Part shown: positions 43,615 to 53,435 of the stretch, in pieces | Layout: each line of letters starts with the position of its first letter | How positions within the stretch are numbered: the first letter of the stretch is position 1 | Source of the DNA: an uncultured delta proteobacterium | Lineage (GTDB): Bacteria; Desulfobacterota; Binatia; UBA9968 | NCBI GenBank assembly: GCA_963760795.1 | Contig: CAVXEP010000029.1 | Span: 32,001 to 96,000, forward strand | Reading direction: 5' to 3' | Length of the DNA stretch: 64,000 bases | The notes under the pieces: generated by a model | The model's database searches: none | What the model saw: the letters and a program-made list of their open reading frames with translations, nothing else | Told to the model about the DNA's origin: nothing | Made by a program: the position numbers and the translations under genes

Positions 43615-44532
43615 CTATCTCCGCTTGCGCTTGGGCGCGTACTTCGCTTCAAACTTGCTCAACTCGGTCATACCCGTCGCATCCCACGGCAACTTCGCCC
43701 CGCCGGTAAACGGCGTGTCTGGATGCGCCGACACGAACTCATCCCAAGCGCGCATGTCGTCCTTTTTAAACTTCTGAAAGAATGACCAGGCGGACACTTT
43801 CAACACCTGGTCGGGTAAAAACGTGTACCACGCCGCGTTGAGCCCGAGCGCTTTATGCTCGTCTAACGTCAGCGCCCGCGGCAACTGCCCTTTCATCGCC
43901 GAAAACGGGCCCTTGACGATTTGCCGCGCGCGTTTGATCTCGGCGACCGAGTGGGGCGACTCGAACTGCACCCAGTCCGCACCACCGTCAGTTTCATAGA
44001 GCCGCAAGCGTTTGAGCAGCTCAGCCATGCCACCGTTGACCGCATTGCGCGCGTAGCACTGCGCCATGATGACGAAGTCGCGGTCGATCTCATTTTTGGC
44101 ATCGACGGCGACATGGTAGCGGGTCACCGCGTCTTCGCGCGAGATGACGGATATTCCCGCCGAACCCGTGCGCCGTTTCTGATCGAGCGGCTGGTCGTCC
44201 AGCCGCAAGCCCGCGAGGCCGGCTTCGATGCATTCCCGCGCCAGCCGCCGCACCGCCATGATCCCGCCATGGCCGGTATCGCCGTCGAGGATGACCGGAA
44301 TCTTCACGCTCCGCGCGATCCATTTGGCGAATTCCACGCATTCGGTCATCGACAGAATGCCGAGATCGGGCTGGCCGGTATAGTTGCCGCCGGTGATGCT
44401 GGTACCGACGAAGCAAGCTTCGACCCCGTTGGCCTCCATGATCTTCGCGTGAAACGCATTGGGCGCGCCGAGCACGGCGAGAACTTTATTCTTACGGCGC
44501 AGCAGCTGGGCCAGTTTGGTCGTTGGTTTCAT
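43615..44532 (-). CDS. Isocitrate lyase/PEP mutase superfamily enzyme with non-canonical catalytic loop
   Basis: PDLGILSMTE, PVILDGDTGHG, GLRLDDQ followed by KRRTGS instead of KxCGH; ATGA overlap with the upstream gene. Confidence 0.85.
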   Translation of the reverse strand: MKPTTKLAQLLRRKNKVLAVLGAPNAFHAKIMEANGVEACFVGTSITGGNYTGQPDLGILSMTECVEFAKWIARSVKIPVILDGDTGHGGIMAVRRLARECIEAGLAGLRLDDQPLDQKRRTGSAGISVISREDAVTRYHVAVDAKNEIDRDFVIMAQCYARNAVNGGMAELLKRLRLYETDGGADWVQFESPHSVAEIKRARQIVKGPFSAMKGQLPRALTLDEHKALGLNAAWYTFLPDQVLKVSAWSFFQKFKKDDMRAWDEFVSAHPDTPFTGGAKLPWDATGMTELSKFEAKYAPKRKRR

Positions 44533-45677
44533 GCCGCATACCGCCGGTAATATTTCACCGCATTGTCCCAAAACATTTTCCGCTTATCTTCTTCCTTGAG
44601 CTTCCAGCCAAGCACGGTTTCAACAGACACTGGAAACCAACTTTCCCCGTGCGGGTAATCTGAGCCGAACATGAGAATATCGGGGCCAAGCAGATCGATC
44701 ACACTTTGCGTAATCGCCGCGCCTTCGGAAACTTCGATGCTCTGAAAATAGCGCCCGCCGGTGACATAGCCGCGAATGGTTTCATTTAGCGGCGGCAGCG
44801 CTTCCGGACAGAGCTTGGTGTGTTCTTCCAAACGATTGACCCAGGCCGGCAACCAGCCATGTCCCGCTTCCAACGTGCCGACACGAATATTCGGATAGCG
44901 GTCCATAATCCCCGCGCCGATGATCGACGCCATGTTGCGTTGGCCGCACCAGGGGTGCGCCGCGGAGCGTTGCAGCCAGAGATTGTCCCAGGAATCGAGA
45001 CCGCCGGGCGCATAGGGCGGCATGACGGTGAAAGTGTGCAGTGCAATCGACAGATCGTGATCCGCCGCCGCTTGCCAGATCGGCTCCAAGTCCGGATGAT
45101 CGAGGGGAAACTGATAGGGCGCGTAGACAAACACGGCAAGCGGCCAGTTTTCCTGTGCGCAGCGGCGCAACTCCGCTAGCGATGCGGCGACATTGCGCGC
45201 GGCGATCGCGATCACGCCCTTGAGCCGGCTGGGAAACGCGGCACAATAGTCCGCCATCCAACGGTGATAAGCTTCATACACTGCGGTTTCCAGAAGGACA
45301 TCGTCAATCGTCGTCCAGCAACCGAACCAACCCGACGGTAGCATGAGATTCACATCGATGCCTTCGACATCCATGTCTTGAATGCGCATCGCAGGATCGC
45401 GCTCACAGAGAGGATTGGGTTTGCCATGCTGGTGGCGCTTGTAGCCGCTCATGTATTCGTTTTTTTGCGGCGCTGCGTCACTGGCTAAACCCAGCCGGCG
45501 CTTGTATGAGCGCTCGCCCATTAAATACGTCACCGCGCCATCTTTGTTCTTCGCCTTATGCTTTTCGTACTGCGCGAGCTTCGCGCGCGCTGCCGCAGTC
45601 AAATAGCGCTCCAAGAGGTCGGCGTCGGGCCTGACATGGGTATCGGCATCGAAGATCTTATATCCGTTGCGTGCCAT
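44529..45677 (-). CDS. Amidohydrolase_2 family metalloenzyme
   Basis: DADTHV, IALH, LEAGHGWL, FGSDYPH, DNAVKYY. Confidence 0.9.
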   Translation of the reverse strand: MARNGYKIFDADTHVRPDADLLERYLTAAARAKLAQYEKHKAKNKDGAVTYLMGERSYKRRLGLASDAAPQKNEYMSGYKRHQHGKPNPLCERDPAMRIQDMDVEGIDVNLMLPSGWFGCWTTIDDVLLETAVYEAYHRWMADYCAAFPSRLKGVIAIAARNVAASLAELRRCAQENWPLAVFVYAPYQFPLDHPDLEPIWQAAADHDLSIALHTFTVMPPYAPGGLDSWDNLWLQRSAAHPWCGQRNMASIIGAGIMDRYPNIRVGTLEAGHGWLPAWVNRLEEHTKLCPEALPPLNETIRGYVTGGRYFQSIEVSEGAAITQSVIDLLGPDILMFGSDYPHGESWFPVSVETVLGWKLKEEDKRKMFWDNAVKYYRRYAA

Positions 45678-45827
45678 CGGTGACTCCTTGTTGGACGGCA
45701 ATAACTAACACAGCCCGAACCCTAGGCGCTAGTCGCAAAGTGCCGGTCTTTTCCACGAGTTTGAATTCTTGACTTCCACCTATGAACATGATTTTTTCTG
45801 AGGTTCTGAAATCGAACGGAGGATCCC

Positions 45828-47301
45828 ATGGCGAAAATGCTCATTGCCAGCGAGTTAGTGGACTCGGAAAGCAACGAAACCACCACGATCAAGAATCCGG
45901 CGACCGGTGAAGTCGTCGATAACGTTCCCAAAGGAACCATTAAAGACATCCGGCGTGCCATCGACGCCGCCAAAGGCGCGTTGAAGAAATGGTCGACCAT
46001 GGCGCCGTCCAAACGCGGTGCGATTTTGCTCGCCGCCGGCCATGCGATTCTGCAACGAGAAAAAGAGCTCGCCACCTTGCTGACCAAAGAACAAGGCAAG
46101 CCGATGCGCGAGTCGATCCTGGAAATCCGCCGCTTCGTCCACACCCTCGATCATTACGGCGGCATGGCAAAAACCATGCGCACCAGCGCGGTCATGCTCG
46201 ACACCGGCCGCCATGGCCTGGTCATGCGCAAACCCCTTGGGCGTTTGCGGTTCAATTGTCCCGTGGAATTTCCCGGTTTCCTTAATGGGCAACAAGCTCG
46301 GTCCAGCGCTGCTCGCCGGCAACTGCGTCGTCGTCAAACCGGCCGGCACCACGCCGCTCACCGATCTCGCCACCTGCGAGATCATCGACAAGGCGATCCA
46401 AGACGCCGGCGGTCCCAAAGGGGTTTTGAACTGCGTCACCGGTCCCGGCAGCGTGGTCGGGGAGGAATTGCTCGTCAATCCGACGGTAAGAAAGATCGGC
46501 TTCACCGGCGCCACCGACACCGGCCGCCGGGTCATGCAGTCGGCCGCGGCTGACTTCAAGCATGTCACGCTGGAACTGGGCGGCAGCGATCCGATGATCG
46601 TCTGCGACGACGCGGATATCGATCGCGCCGTCAGCGCCGCTTCGGTGGGCCGTTTCTTCAACTGCGGCCAGGCTTGCTTGGCGGTCAAGCGGCTTTACCT
46701 GTTCGACAGCATCGCCGACGATTTCATCGCCAAGCTCGCCGAGAAAGCGAAAAAGATCAGCATCGGCAACGGTCTCAAGGCCGGCATTTTGATGGGCCCG
46801 CTGCACACCAAAGAACAACGACAAGAAGTCGAAGAGCAGGTCGAAGACTCGGTCAAGCGCGGTGGCAAACTGGTCTTCGGCGGCAAACGTCCCACCGGCG
46901 ACGAGTTTGACAAAGGTTTTTACCTACAGCCGACCATCGTCGCTGACGTCGACCCAGCCTCGCGCATGATCCAGGAAGAAGTGTTCGGTCCGGCGCTGCC
47001 GATCGTGCGGGTAAAAACTCTTGACCAAGCCATCGAGCACGCCAACAGCTCGATCTTCGGTCTCGGTTCGTCGATTTGGACGCGCGACATCAACCGCGCC
47101 ATGTACGGCGCGGAGAACATCGAAGCCGGTTACACCTGGGTCAACTCGGCGCAGATCATCTATGACGAACTGCCCTTTGGCGGCGTCAAGCAGAGCGGTC
47201 TGGGCAAAGAGCATGGCGACGAAGCGATCGAGTACTACACCGATTCGAAATCAGTCGTCATCGCCACCGATGTCGGCGGCGAGATTATCGGCGGCGAATA
47301 G
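45828..47301 (+). CDS. Aldehyde dehydrogenase, frameshift near 46235
   Basis: PWNFP, FTGAT, LELGG, catalytic GQAC, EEVFGP, PFGGVKQSG. Confidence 0.93.
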
Positions 47302-47313
47302 GCCGCTCGCGGC

Positions 47314-47372
47314 ATTGCAGATTACATATTCCAGATTCCAAATCTGGAATATGAAATTTGGAATCTGGAATT
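47314..47372. repeat. 7-bp-unit palindromic array (attccag)n(atctgga)n
   Basis: attgcag attacat attccag attccaa atctgga atatgaa atttgga atctgga. Confidence 0.85.
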
Positions 47373-47376
47373 GTCC

Positions 47377-48921
47377 ATGAACGTGGAACTGCCTGATATC
47401 TACAACGCCGCCACGACCTTCGTCGATGAAAACATCACGCAAGGCCGTGGCGGCAAAGTCGCGATCTACTACCAAGATCGAAAGATCACCTACCAAGAAG
47501 TTTTCGAAAACGTTAACCGCACCGGCAACGCGCTAAAGGAGCTCGGCATCGAGATCGAGAACCGCGTGCTGGTGATTTTGCCGGACTCGCCCGAGTTCGC
47601 CTACAGTTTCTTCGGCGCCATCAAGATCGGCGCCGTGGCGGTGCCGACCAATCCTTGGATGTTCGCCAAGGATTACGAATATTTAATCAACGATAGCCGC
47701 GCCCGCGCCATTATCGTTCATGAATCGACCTTGCCGGAGATCGAAAAGATCTGGGACAACACGCCTTTCTTGAAACATATCATCGTTGTCGGCACGCCCA
47801 AGGGCAAAGCGCTGTCCTATCAAACTTTAATCGCCAAAGCCTCGGATAAACTCGAAGCGGCGAAAACGTTGAAAGACGATGTCTGCTTCTGGGGCTACAC
47901 CTCCGGCAGCACCGGCAACCCAAAGGGTGCCGTTCATTTGCAGCATGACATGATCACGATCAGCGATCTGTTCGTCGCGCCGGTGCTGCAGATGAAGGAA
48001 ACCGACCTATGCTTCTCGGCGTCAAAGATGTTTTTTTCCTACGGCTTGGGTAACTCACTGTATTTCCCATTCCGTTTTGGCGCGTCAACAGTGCTTTGGC
48101 CCGACAAACCCGAACCCGAAAAAATTCTTCAAGTCATCGACAAGTACAAGCCGACTTTCTTTTTCTCCGTGCCGACGTTGTTCGCGCGCTTCCTGCGCAT
48201 CAATAAGAAATATGATCTGAGTTCACTGCGAATTTGCCTGTCTTCCGGAGAGCCGCTGCCGCCGGCGCTGTTTCATCAATGGAAAGAGCGCACTGGATTG
48301 GAGTTACTCGACGTCGTCGGCTCCACCGAGGCGACTCATGATTTTTTGGCCAATCAGCCTGGGCGAGCGAAGGCCGGCAGCAGCGGTGAAGTAACCCCGG
48401 CATTCGAAGCCAAAATCGTCGACGACGAAGGACGCGAGATGCCCATCGGTGAGATCGGCAACTTGATGGTCAAAGGCGACGCCACCGCGCCGTTCTACTG
48501 GAACAAGCATGAGCAGACCAAAAGAATGATGCAGGGCGAGTGGCTCAAGACCGGCGACACCTACTATCGCGACGCCGAGGGTTACTATTGGTACTGCGGC
48601 CGCTCCGACGACATGATGAAGGTCGGCGGTCTGTGGGTTTCGCCGATTGAAATTGAAAATACTCTGATGGAACACCCGGCGGTGCTGGAATCCGGTGTGG
48701 TCAGCGACCAAGATGCCGACGGTTTACTCAAGCCAAAAGCGTACATTCTGCTAAAGAACGAATATAAAGCCAGCGACGAACTCAAAGTCGAGTTACAGAA
48801 CCACGTCAAGAGCAAACTCCAGCCCTACAAATATCCCCGCTGGGTCGAGTTCGTCGACGACCTGCCGAAAACCGTGACAGGTAAGATTCAACGATTCCGC
48901 TTACGAGCTAACAAAAACTGA
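47377..48921 (+). CDS. Benzoate-CoA ligase family acyl-CoA synthetase
   Basis: YNAA, YTSGSTGNPKG, SKMFFSYGLGNS, GSTE, KVGGLWVSP, TGKIQRF. Confidence 0.92.
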   Translation: MNVELPDIYNAATTFVDENITQGRGGKVAIYYQDRKITYQEVFENVNRTGNALKELGIEIENRVLVILPDSPEFAYSFFGAIKIGAVAVPTNPWMFAKDYEYLINDSRARAIIVHESTLPEIEKIWDNTPFLKHIIVVGTPKGKALSYQTLIAKASDKLEAAKTLKDDVCFWGYTSGSTGNPKGAVHLQHDMITISDLFVAPVLQMKETDLCFSASKMFFSYGLGNSLYFPFRFGASTVLWPDKPEPEKILQVIDKYKPTFFFSVPTLFARFLRINKKYDLSSLRICLSSGEPLPPALFHQWKERTGLELLDVVGSTEATHDFLANQPGRAKAGSSGEVTPAFEAKIVDDEGREMPIGEIGNLMVKGDATAPFYWNKHEQTKRMMQGEWLKTGDTYYRDAEGYYWYCGRSDDMMKVGGLWVSPIEIENTLMEHPAVLESGVVSDQDADGLLKPKAYILLKNEYKASDELKVELQNHVKSKLQPYKYPRWVEFVDDLPKTVTGKIQRFRLRANKN

Positions 48922-48982
48922 GAACTAGGTCTGCGATTCTGCTATCCTCAATCCTCGATCGATCTCTGCCAAGGAGTGAAAC

Positions 48983-49693
48983 ATGGCCGCCAACATCAAA
49001 GAGCTCAAAGAAAATCTCGCCTACTCGTGCAACATCCTCGCCAACGAAGGCCACTGGGATAACATTCTCGGCCATGTGTCGGTCAGAGTGCCGGGGCAAA
49101 ACAAGATTCTCATGAAGCCCCATAGCTTTGGCTTCGAAGAAATCCGTCCGCAGCATATCATCGTCGTCGACATCGCAACCGGCAAGAAGATCGATGGCAA
49201 ATACGAGCGCCACTCCGAAGTCTTTATTCACACCGAAATCATGAAGGCGCGCAAGGATGTCAATTGCGTGGTCCATTCCCATCCGCCCTACGCGACGGCA
49301 TTCGGCGCTCTCGGTCAAAAACTCCGGCCGATCAGCCACGAAGGTAATATTTTCTACGAAGGATTGCCGACCTTCGACTACACCACCGCCTTAATTCGGA
49401 CCCCGGAATTGGGCGTTGAAGTCGCCAAGAGTCTCGGCAACTGCCGCGGCCTGCTGATGAAAAACCACGGGTCGACAGTCGTCGGCCCGACGATTGAAGT
49501 GGCTACCCTCTACGCCGTCTTTCTGGAAAAAGCCGCGCGCATTCAACTGATGGCCACCGCTTCCGGCGATCCATCTTGGACTAGCGACGCCGAAGCAGCG
49601 GTCAAATACGAGCAGATCTACACGCCGCACCGGCTGGATTCCATGTGGGAATACTACGTGCGCCGGGCCAAGAAGTTCCGCAAGTCGAGCTAG
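48983..49693 (+). CDS. Class II aldolase/adducin family protein
   Basis: GHVSVR, EVFIH, VVHSH, KNHG. Confidence 0.92.
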   Translation: MAANIKELKENLAYSCNILANEGHWDNILGHVSVRVPGQNKILMKPHSFGFEEIRPQHIIVVDIATGKKIDGKYERHSEVFIHTEIMKARKDVNCVVHSHPPYATAFGALGQKLRPISHEGNIFYEGLPTFDYTTALIRTPELGVEVAKSLGNCRGLLMKNHGSTVVGPTIEVATLYAVFLEKAARIQLMATASGDPSWTSDAEAAVKYEQIYTPHRLDSMWEYYVRRAKKFRKSS

Positions 49694-49718
49694 TGCGATT
49701 TCCTGAAATCGAAGAGAT

Positions 49719-49779
49719 GATCTTTCACTTCGTTCAAGTGACACAAGCCTCTTGTCACTCTGAGCGCAGCGAAGGGTCT
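49719..49779. repeat. TGTC-type REP doublet between convergent genes
   Basis: gatctttcacttcgttcaagtgaca-n9-tgtcactctgagcgcagcgaagggtct. Confidence 0.7.
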
Positions 49780-49805
49780 TGTCTGGGCGCTGCCACTCGC
49801 GTCTC

Positions 49806-50791
49806 TTACTTGCTGCCGGTCGCTTTGAAGAAGCCTTGCTTGTCCAACTCCGCGACGAAGCGCATGTCCATAAAATCGTCCGGCTTGGAATTCTTCGCCG
49901 CCGGCATCGCTGACCGCGACATCGGCGATGACATTTTCCATCGCTTTCCGCGTGACATAGGGCGGGTATTCCAAATACTCGCGGAACTGATTGTAGGCGT
50001 CGTCCAAAATGTCTTGCTCTTTTACCCGAAGATATTTCTGCATCATGCGCTGCGCCGCGGCCTTGTTAGCCTTAAATATCTGCACTCCTTCGGCATAGGA
50101 TCGGACCACCCGGCGCACCGTGTCTTCGTTGGCTTTGATATAGCTCCGGCTGGTGCCGACAGCCACCGAGACAAATTCCGGCCCCTCTTTGGCTAAGTTC
50201 ATGAGTTCGTTAAGCCCGGCCTTGCGCGCCCGGCTATTGGTCGGCGGCGAAACCACGCCGGCGTCGACTTGGCCGGCGATCAATGCGGTGAGAATGTTCG
50301 GCACCTCCACCAACGGCAGGATTTGATAGTCGTTCTGCTTCAAACCAGCGGTATTCAATGCAAACAAAGCCGAAGTATGGGTCGAAGAGCCGATCCGGGT
50401 GATGCCAATCTTCTTGCCGCGCAGATCGGTAATTCTCTTGATTTCCGGTTTGGCCATCAGCGAAAAGACCTGCCGATTGGTCGCACCGGCGACGAAGGCG
50501 ATATTGGCGCCTTTCAGGTTCGCTTGGACCTGGTTCGACCCATCCATGTAGGAAAAGGCGATCTCGCCGGCGAGGATCGCTTGGATGCCGCGCGAGCTCG
50601 AAGAGATATGCAGCAATTCGACATCCAAGCCATTTTTCTTGAATAGCCCTTCTTGCTGCGCCATGAACATGCCGCTTTGGGCACCGGTAACCGCCGTCCA
50701 GTTGATCCGCACCGGTATTTGCGCCCCGGCCAGAGTCGATAAGGTCAAACTCCACAGCACTACAACAATCTTCAAAAACCCTAGTAGGCAT
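49806..50791 (-). CDS. SsuA/THI5-like binding protein, frameshifts near 50775 and 49905
   Basis: GLFKKNGLDVE, DLRGKKIGITRIGS; corrected C-terminus DFMDMRFVAELDKQGFFK ends at 49806. Confidence 0.85.
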
Positions 50792-50898
50792 CGCTTCTCC
50801 TTGTCCTTCTAAGACCGATAAAGTGCTATCAAGGTAGCAATTCACCCTGTTAATTCAACCATTTGGCATGACCGGTAAAGCATGTTAGATAACCGCCC

Positions 50899-51865
50899 AT
50901 GAGTAAGAAAGTTCATCTCACAATGGCCGTTGGCGATTATGAAAGTATCCGCGCGCTCAAAGAAGGTACGGTCAAAGCCGATGGCATCGAGCTAACCGTA
51001 ATCACCGATATGACCTCGAGCATTCGCCATTGGCGCATGCTGCGCAATCGCGAGTTCGATTGCGCCGAGCTCTCCATGTCGAATTATTTAATGGCCAAAT
51101 ACACCGGTCTGCCGTTCGTCGCCATTCCGGTCTTCCTGCACCGCCGCTTTCGTCACGGCTTCGTGTTCTTGAATGCGAGCAAAGGCATTACCAAACCCAG
51201 CGATTTGATTGGTCGCAAAGTCGGCCTGCGCAATTTTCAAGCGACGGCTAATCTATGGATTCGCGGAATTTTAGAACATGAATATGGCGTGCCCCATCGC
51301 AGCTTGAACTGGCTCAAACAAGACGACGAAGAGGTCGACTGGACGCCGCCGGCGGATTTGAAAATCGCAGCGCATCCCCGCTGGTAAGAGCATCGACAAG
51401 ATGCTGGTCGAGGGCGAGATCGACGCTTTGATCCATCCAGAGCTGATTCAGCCAATCCTCGACAAAGACCCGCGAGTCACTCGTCTGTTCCCCAACTATC
51501 GCGATTTAGAAACGGACTACTTTAAGCGCACCGGGATATTTCCAATCATGCATACCACGGCGATCAAGCAGGAGATCGTCGATAAATATCCCTGGGTGCC
51601 GCTTAATCTGTATCAAGCCTTGGAGGCATCGAAAAATGCCGCCTACAAGCGCATGGAAAACCCGCGCATCGTGCCGCTCGCTTGGTTTCGCTCATTTTTG
51701 GAAGAACAGGAAGAAATGCTTGGGCCCGATCCATGGATTTACGGCCTCGGCGATGTCAATCGCAAGGCGCTCGAAACGTTGATGCAGTATTCCCAGGAAC
51801 AGGGTTTAATCGGCCGTAAGTTGGATTTAGACGAACTGTTCATAACCACCGAGGCTCACTCCTAG
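50899..51865 (+). CDS. 4,5-dihydroxyphthalate decarboxylase-like protein, frameshift near 51367
   Basis: EFDCAELSMS, IPVFLHRRFRH, WIRGIL, TGIFPIMH, DPWIYG. Confidence 0.85.
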
Positions 51866-51867
51866 TC

Positions 51868-51966
51868 ATGGAAACCGCGATTGTCGCTGGCGTAGGTCCG
51901 GGAACCGGGGCAGTACTTACGCGGGCCTTCGTCCGTGAAGGTTGTGCGGTCGCGCTGGCTTCGCGC
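51868..51966 (+). pseudogene. N-terminal remnant of a short-chain dehydrogenase
   Basis: METAIVAGVGPGTG...VALASR Rossmann motif, then no further SDR resemblance. Confidence 0.6.
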
Positions 51967-52115
51967 CTTTGGCCATCGGCAAATCCGCTTCGCGCTTCAA
52001 ACCTTCGAGCCCCTGCTCATTTACGATTGAACTTACGCCGCTATTGGCGTAAATTTTCGCCACTTAACGATTGCGCCAGGATTCTTTCGATAACGAATCC
52101 GGCGGAGGAGGCGAC

Positions 52116-52478
52116 ATGTTTGGCAAAGGCGTTTTCCAAGCGGAAGAAAATCTTCTGCGCGAGATCATCCGCAGTGTCGACAAGAAAATCGATTACTCCG
52201 CCCGCGAGGGCGAAGGAAGCAAATTCACGCTGCACCTCAAACTCAAGAACCATGAAGGCGATGTCATGCTCGACCTCGAAGACTTGCAGACCGCCAAACA
52301 AGACCAGATTCGCCGCCACCAGATCCGCCAGAAAATAAAGGCGCGCTGCGATCACCTGGATCCCTCCCGCTATGGTGCTGACATTCTTGGCCTGCGATCG
52401 GCGCGAATATTGAAAACCTCGCCCAAGCTCGAACCGATGGCGCAGCGCGGTTTTAACCGCAGCGGACCACGACGCTAA
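52116..52478 (+). CDS. Hypothetical protein
   Basis: Strong GGAGGAGG RBS before ATG 52116 (MFGKGVFQ...); no recognised motif. Confidence 0.7.
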   Translation: MFGKGVFQAEENLLREIIRSVDKKIDYSAREGEGSKFTLHLKLKNHEGDVMLDLEDLQTAKQDQIRRHQIRQKIKARCDHLDPSRYGADILGLRSARILKTSPKLEPMAQRGFNRSGPRR

Positions 52479-52536
52479 GCGGTTGTAACCTAGGTTACTT
52501 CATTCTCTTTTCGGGCGGTAAAACAGTCGAGGCGAT

Positions 52537-53399
52537 ATGGCAAAAGCGGAATTGATACGTCGTGCGTTGGCCACTCATGGCCAGTTAATCATGCCAGGGG
52601 TTTACGATGCTCTCAGCGCGAAAATTGCCGCCCGAGCCGGTTTCGAAGTCACTTTTATTACCGGTTACAGTTTATCGGCGACATTACTCGGCGAACCTGA
52701 CTTTGGTTTATTGACTCAAACCGAAGTCGTCAGCGCTGCCCAAAGGATCTGTTCGGTCATCGATATTCCTGTGATCGTCGACGCCGACACTGGTTACGGC
52801 AATGCGATCAATGTCATCCGTACCGTCCAGGATCTGATCCGTGCCGGCGCGGCGGAATGTTTTTAGAAGACCAAGTCTGGCCCAAACGCTGCGGCCACAT
52901 GCGCGGCAAACAAGTGATTCCCTTGGAGGAACAGCTCAACAAGCTGCGCGCCGCAGTCGAAGCAAGAGGCCAGAATGACTTTTTCATCGTCGCCCGCACC
53001 GACTCCCGCCAAGCGCTAGGCCTCGACGAAGCGATCAAGCGCGGTATCGCCTTTAACCACACCGGCGTCGACGCGGTATTCATCGAAGCACCGGAATCCA
53101 AAGAAGAAATGCGCGAGATCGCCAAACATGTCGAAGGCCATCTGGTGGCTAACATGTTGGAACGTGGCGTAACCCCGCTGATGGGGCCAGCGGAATTAAA
53201 GGAGCTCGGCTTTGACTTGGTCGTGTGGCCGTTGGCGCCGCTGTATTCAGTGGCGAAATCACTAACCGACGTCTATACGACTTTGCGCAAGGAAGGATCG
53301 ACGCTGTCGATTCTCGATCGACTTATGCCATTTGACGAGTTCAACGGCATTGTCGGCCTGAATGAAAAATACTTACTGGATGCGAAATTCAAAACTTAG
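52537..53399 (+). CDS. ICL/PEP mutase family lyase (PrpB/oxaloacetate decarboxylase-like), frameshift near 52855
   Basis: PGVYDALSA, VDADTGYG, EDQVWPKRCGH, ARTDS. Confidence 0.9.
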
Positions 53400-53435
53400 C
53401 CCAAGAAATTGGCACTAACAGCTTGGCTGATTTAC

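Noticed and set aside
43615-44532. PEP mutase marking a phosphonate biosynthetic cluster
   Set aside because: The EDKxxxxxNS signature is absent and there is no phosphonopyruvate decarboxylase nearby.
48932-48966. Degenerate atcctc 7-mer run after the CoA ligase
   Set aside because: Single arm, few units and too degenerate to call confidently.
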